Origin: an uncultured cyanobacterium | GTDB lineage: Bacteria > Cyanobacteriota > Cyanobacteriia > Cyanobacteriales > CAWUOF01 | Direction: 5' to 3' | NCBI GenBank assembly: GCA_963744145.1 | Contig: CAVUSO010000001.1 | Span: 2,496,001 to 2,560,000 of the forward strand | DNA: 64,000 nucleotides | In this document: positions 60,062 through 64,000 of the stretch, piece by piece | Layout: each line of letters begins with the position of its first letter | Position numbering within the stretch: the first letter of the stretch is position 1 | The notes under the pieces: generated by a model | What the model was told of the DNA's origin: nothing | Seen by the model: the letters and a program-made list of their open reading frames with translations, nothing else | Databases searched by the model: none | Made by a program: the position numbers and the translations under genes

Positions 60062-61564
60062 TTACACAGATTTAGAAGTAGATTTAGTTTCTGTTTCTGT
60101 TTCTGGTTTTTTGCCCGCATTGCGAACATCAACGATTTTGCCTAATAAATCATACCAGAACTTCGCACCCATCGAAACTGAAAATCCAGTGATTAGCCAA
60201 CCTAATACTCGTCTAAGTTGCGCCAGAATTGGATTGTAATTGTTCAAATTTTGATCATATTCCTCTTGATTATCCATGTTATCCTTATCCCAACCAATTG
60301 GTAAATCAACATTTTTTAGAGCTGTATCAAGTTTATTTTTAACTTGGTTAAAGTCTCCCAATCCTTGGTCAGGATTGTCAGTAATTGCTTTGGTTCCATA
60401 TTGGGAGATTGTACTGCGGAGAACAGAATCTTTCGATAAGCGACTGATAATAAATAAAGTATCTGCATTGACTCCTATGGCTATAGTAACCCCGATTAAA
60501 ATGGCTACTCCTTTAGAATTACGCTTGTAAACTCCAGATGCTCTTTCCATCGACTTATCGAACCAATCGGAAACTTCTGCTTCGACGTTTTTAGCTGCTT
60601 CTTCAACATTTTCAATTTTAGCTTGAGTGCTTTGACCAATCTTATCTAATCCTTTTAGAACTGATGGAGGTAAGCTATTAATTAGGCTTTCTATTCCTTG
60701 ATAAAAATCACTATCCTTATCTTCGCTAATTTTTTTCAATTCTAAATAAACTCTTCTATTACTCCGAATTTCTTCAACTAAATCTGTCAAACTTGGTTTC
60801 CACCCTCCTGTTAAAACGGCTTTTTCTTGGTCATTATTAAATTTGAGGGCATTCATTTTATTAACAAACACTTTTGCTACCATTTCACTAGGTGGTAGAT
60901 AGACTTGACAATTTTCTATATATGTGTCTAGCTGCTGAGACATCCGGTCAATAGTCGTGGATAAATCGGCTTTATAATTACGAAAATCTTCAGCAATCTG
61001 ATCAAATTTTTTGCCAAGTTGAGTATATTCAGATTCTAGGTGAGATTTAATTTCATCAGTAATTTGCAAACTGGTGATTACGGTATGAATTTCTTCGAGC
61101 TTTTCGACTTCAAATTTTTCCAATCTTGAGATTTTTAAGTGTTTAACTATCTCGGGAAATTTCACTGTATCCAGTAAACTAGCAGCAAAAGTTTGTCCAG
61201 ATATGTAAGAAGGTCCGCTATTTTTATTGCCAAAAATGTTATCTTTTCCAGTTAATTTTCGATAAATTGTCCCAATTACTCTTGTAAATTGGCGAAAAGA
61301 TTGGGCGATCGCTCCTCGGGCTTCTTGATTACTAGAATGAATATATGGGTTATCATAGAGTTGATGAACTAAATCTTTGACTTGATCAACTTTTTCATCT
61401 TCAGCCCCACCCGCAAGTAAAACTTGGATTGATTGCTTTAAATGTGCTGCTCTCCATTGCAATAGGGTGGTCAATAATTCTTGAATTTCTGAAGCTAATA
61501 GGCTTAAAGTTATGTAAACGAAAATTAAGCCAATGGCAATATCAACAATGAAAGGTAGGTTCAT
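60062..61564 (-). CDS. Conserved cyanobacterial membrane protein of unknown function, paralog 1
   Basis: Colinear with 58530-60011 over its full length. Confidence 0.85.
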   Translation of the reverse strand: MNLPFIVDIAIGLIFVYITLSLLASEIQELLTTLLQWRAAHLKQSIQVLLAGGAEDEKVDQVKDLVHQLYDNPYIHSSNQEARGAIAQSFRQFTRVIGTIYRKLTGKDNIFGNKNSGPSYISGQTFAASLLDTVKFPEIVKHLKISRLEKFEVEKLEEIHTVITSLQITDEIKSHLESEYTQLGKKFDQIAEDFRNYKADLSTTIDRMSQQLDTYIENCQVYLPPSEMVAKVFVNKMNALKFNNDQEKAVLTGGWKPSLTDLVEEIRSNRRVYLELKKISEDKDSDFYQGIESLINSLPPSVLKGLDKIGQSTQAKIENVEEAAKNVEAEVSDWFDKSMERASGVYKRNSKGVAILIGVTIAIGVNADTLFIISRLSKDSVLRSTISQYGTKAITDNPDQGLGDFNQVKNKLDTALKNVDLPIGWDKDNMDNQEEYDQNLNNYNPILAQLRRVLGWLITGFSVSMGAKFWYDLLGKIVDVRNAGKKPETETETKSTSKSV

Positions 61565-61690
61565 TTATCATCTCCAAATCAATTCGGTTAACGAGAACAA
61601 AAAAATTTTCTACTCAAAGATTTGTTGAGTGCAGATCAGCCAGCTTAAAATATGGCATTAGGTAAATTTTGCCTAGGATAGTGAAAAATA

Positions 61691-63334
61691 GTGGTCAAAC
61701 AAGCAAGTTGGCATGATCGGTTATGGACTTTGGGGATATTCGGGGGGGCACTTCTCCTATTTGGTATGAATTTGGATGGTTTACCCTTACGCGATTGGGA
61801 TGAGGGAATTGTAGCTCAAGTTGCTCGCGAAATTTGTCGTTATGGAGAAAATAATTGGATTTACCCCACTTTAAACGAACAGCCATATTTGAATAAACCA
61901 CCTTTGGTTCATTGGTTAATTGCGCTATCTTACAGCATCGGTGGAGTCAATGAGTTAACGGCTCGTTTACCAGGGGCAATGCTCACTGCTGTTTCTGTAC
62001 CACTTTTATATCAAATTGGTCGCGAAATATTTACCCAACGTTTAGCAGCAGGATTAGCGAGCTTAGTATATTTGACCATGTTACCGGTGGTGCGCCATGG
62101 TAGATTAGCGATGTTGGATGGAGCAGTATTGTGCTTTTTAATGTGGTTATTCTGGTGCTTACTGCGATCGCGTCGTCATCTTCCTGATAGTTTGGGGATT
62201 GGGATTGGGATCGGGCTGATTTGTTTGACGAAAGGGATTTTAGGATTATTATTAGCCGCGATCGCGATGATGTTCTTGATCTGGGATACACCCCGACTGT
62301 TGAAAACATCCTATTTCTGGATCGGAATTTTTCTAGGAATTGCACCTGTAGCTAGTTGGTATCTAGCCCAATTAGCTCATTATGGTCAGATTTTTACCGA
62401 TGGACATGTTATTAATCAATCTTGGCAAAGGATTTGGTCACCAGTCGAAGGTCATACTGGACCTCCCTGGTATTATCTCCTAGAAATCGGCAAATATTCC
62501 TGGCCCTGGCTCCTATTTTTGCCCCAATCTTTACAACTAACTTGGGAAAACCGCAATCTCAGTTGGGGAAAGTTGGTTTTAGTTTGGGGTGGTGGTTATT
62601 TACTGGTTATTTCTGTGATGGTCACGAAATTACCCTGGTATGTTTTACCTTTTTATCCAGCTTTGGCTTTAGGGATTGGTGCTTATTTAGCCCAAGTATG
62701 GTATGGAGTAATTAATCCTCACGCTCCTCTGGTGGTCAATCCGGAGTTAGCGCGATCGCCTGACCCAATTATTTATCCGCGAGCTTGGGTAATAGTTTTC
62801 AGTATCCTCGCGATCGGCAGTTGGGGTGGTAGTATTTATTTTGGTTTTTTTGGAGCCAAAGCCACTCAAGATTTACTAATGCAATTAGCAGCAGTGGGCT
62901 TAACCATGAGCGTTGCGGCGATGCTAGTATATCGACAAGATCGGCAATTTATCCCAATTTTGATTTGGGGAAGTTATGTAAGTTTATTGCTATTTGTGAA
63001 TTCTCCCCATTGGATTTGGGAACTAGGAGAAGCTGATCCAGTTAAACCAATTGCCACCTTAATTCAGTCAGCCACTCCATCCCAGCAAAAAATAGTTTAT
63101 ACTTCTTATCCTTATAGTCGTCCGGCGCTGAATTTTTATAGCGATCGACAAATTCTACCGCTGAGTGATGCTCAAATCCAGCAATATTGGCAACAAGATC
63201 CTCCGGGTTATTTTTTGATTGATCCTCAGACCCAGAAACGTTTAAACTTGCAACCTCAATTAGAATTGGGTACAGCGGGAGATTGGAGATTAATTACCCG
63301 CTTAGATCTCCAGAAAATTCCATTTCATCATTAG
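61691..63334 (+). CDS. ArnT/GT-C family glycosyltransferase
   Basis: DWDEG, YLNKPPL, ARLP, RLAMLD; many TM helices. Confidence 0.87.
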   Translation: MVKQASWHDRLWTLGIFGGALLLFGMNLDGLPLRDWDEGIVAQVAREICRYGENNWIYPTLNEQPYLNKPPLVHWLIALSYSIGGVNELTARLPGAMLTAVSVPLLYQIGREIFTQRLAAGLASLVYLTMLPVVRHGRLAMLDGAVLCFLMWLFWCLLRSRRHLPDSLGIGIGIGLICLTKGILGLLLAAIAMMFLIWDTPRLLKTSYFWIGIFLGIAPVASWYLAQLAHYGQIFTDGHVINQSWQRIWSPVEGHTGPPWYYLLEIGKYSWPWLLFLPQSLQLTWENRNLSWGKLVLVWGGGYLLVISVMVTKLPWYVLPFYPALALGIGAYLAQVWYGVINPHAPLVVNPELARSPDPIIYPRAWVIVFSILAIGSWGGSIYFGFFGAKATQDLLMQLAAVGLTMSVAAMLVYRQDRQFIPILIWGSYVSLLLFVNSPHWIWELGEADPVKPIATLIQSATPSQQKIVYTSYPYSRPALNFYSDRQILPLSDAQIQQYWQQDPPGYFLIDPQTQKRLNLQPQLELGTAGDWRLITRLDLQKIPFHH

Positions 63335-63350
63335 TTCTCAGATGAGCAAT

Positions 63351-63746
63351 TTATCTAGAAATCTCTGATTCCACCAATTTATTTACGGATTCGATGGTTT
63401 TCTGAATCGAGTTATTTTTTGTCCATGTTCTATCAACGTTAATCCAAACTAAACCAAACATAACCGTCGCGACCACCATCACGATTAGGGAAGGATGCTT
63501 CACTATACCAAAGTCCCGCAATAGCCGCGCTAAGGGACGACTTTGACGTCGGAGCATTTTACCGATCGCAACTTGTTTGAAGTTAAAAGGATCACGGACA
63601 TAATGACCGCTCCAAGTAACCACTAAACGTGCTTGACAATAGGGACAGGTAAATAATCCGTTGAGGATTTTACCCTGGTTCAACCCCTCGTGACGATTGC
63701 AGATCGGACAAGTGACAGAATGACCATCAAATGTGGGAGCGTTCAT
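63351..63746 (-). CDS. Hypothetical Zn-ribbon membrane-anchored protein
   Basis: CPIC...CPYC and one C-terminal TM helix. Confidence 0.7.
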   Translation of the reverse strand: MNAPTFDGHSVTCPICNRHEGLNQGKILNGLFTCPYCQARLVVTWSGHYVRDPFNFKQVAIGKMLRRQSRPLARLLRDFGIVKHPSLIVMVVATVMFGLVWINVDRTWTKNNSIQKTIESVNKLVESEISR

Positions 63747-63810
63747 ATCAGTTTCGCTAGACTCAATTATTAGTCTACCCCTCTAACTGTCGAATACTCC
63801 AACCTGATCA

Positions 63811-64000
63811 TTAAATATTAGTCCAGTTAAACTGCCAATCCTCTAAGCTTTTGATGCCAGCAGCACAGGTTAAGTTATATTGTAGCGGGGTCACGGTAAT
63901 ATAATTTTCGCGAATCGCTTGGACATCAGTGGGAATATGACTGGGAATATACTCACTCATGGTTTGTTCCACGTCTTCCATTACTTCTCCCGCTAACCAA
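63811..64000 (-). CDS. surE: 5'/3'-nucleotidase SurE, 3' end only
   Basis: Manual translation gives WLAGEVMED...PTDVQAIRENYITVTPLQYNLT...*; not in the ORF track because it runs off the window. Confidence 0.85.
   Translation of the reverse strand, partial: WLAGEVMEDVEQTMSEYIPSHIPTDVQAIRENYITVTPLQYNLTCAAGIKSLEDWQFNWTNI

Overview
AT-rich cyanobacterial chromosomal segment with abundant HIP1 (GCGATCGC) sites. The proteins look like those of a filamentous, probably Oscillatoriales-type strain, but the taxon cannot be fixed from this window. Most of it is core genome: gap1, plsY, the pipX-pipY-sepF-proC cluster, a TrpE/PabB-family enzyme, rsmB, an ndhD2-type subunit, rfbB/hldE-kinase, rplS-tRNA-Trp-secE-nusG-rplKAJL with L1 and L10 leaders, scpB, truB and the 3' end of surE. 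Interspersed are signalling genes (hybrid HK-REC-adenylate cyclase, Ser/Thr kinase-AAA-GAF-HK, TPR-CHAT). Most notable: (1) 14295-14560 holds two tandem copies of an unannotated cassette, each a HetR-type palindrome (GAGGGGT-N3-ACCCCTC), a -10 box, and a ~45-nt sRNA starting GTAGATGCACCCTGAT (NsiR1-like by recollection) with its own terminator. (2) A 2310-aa protein built from eleven 609-bp DUF4163/RsiV-like repeats. (3) A GAF-HK with an intact H-box but a destroyed ATP pocket, preceded by a near-perfect CRP site. (4) A hierarchy of tiny mobile repeats: a 24-bp element inserts at fixed sites in REP-like hairpins and into itself, with empty and filled alleles both visible. (5) Single-base frameshifts in rplA and an S9 peptidase that look like merged-allele assembly artefacts. 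No CRISPR array, transposase or prophage was seen. All family assignments come from motif recognition, not database searches.
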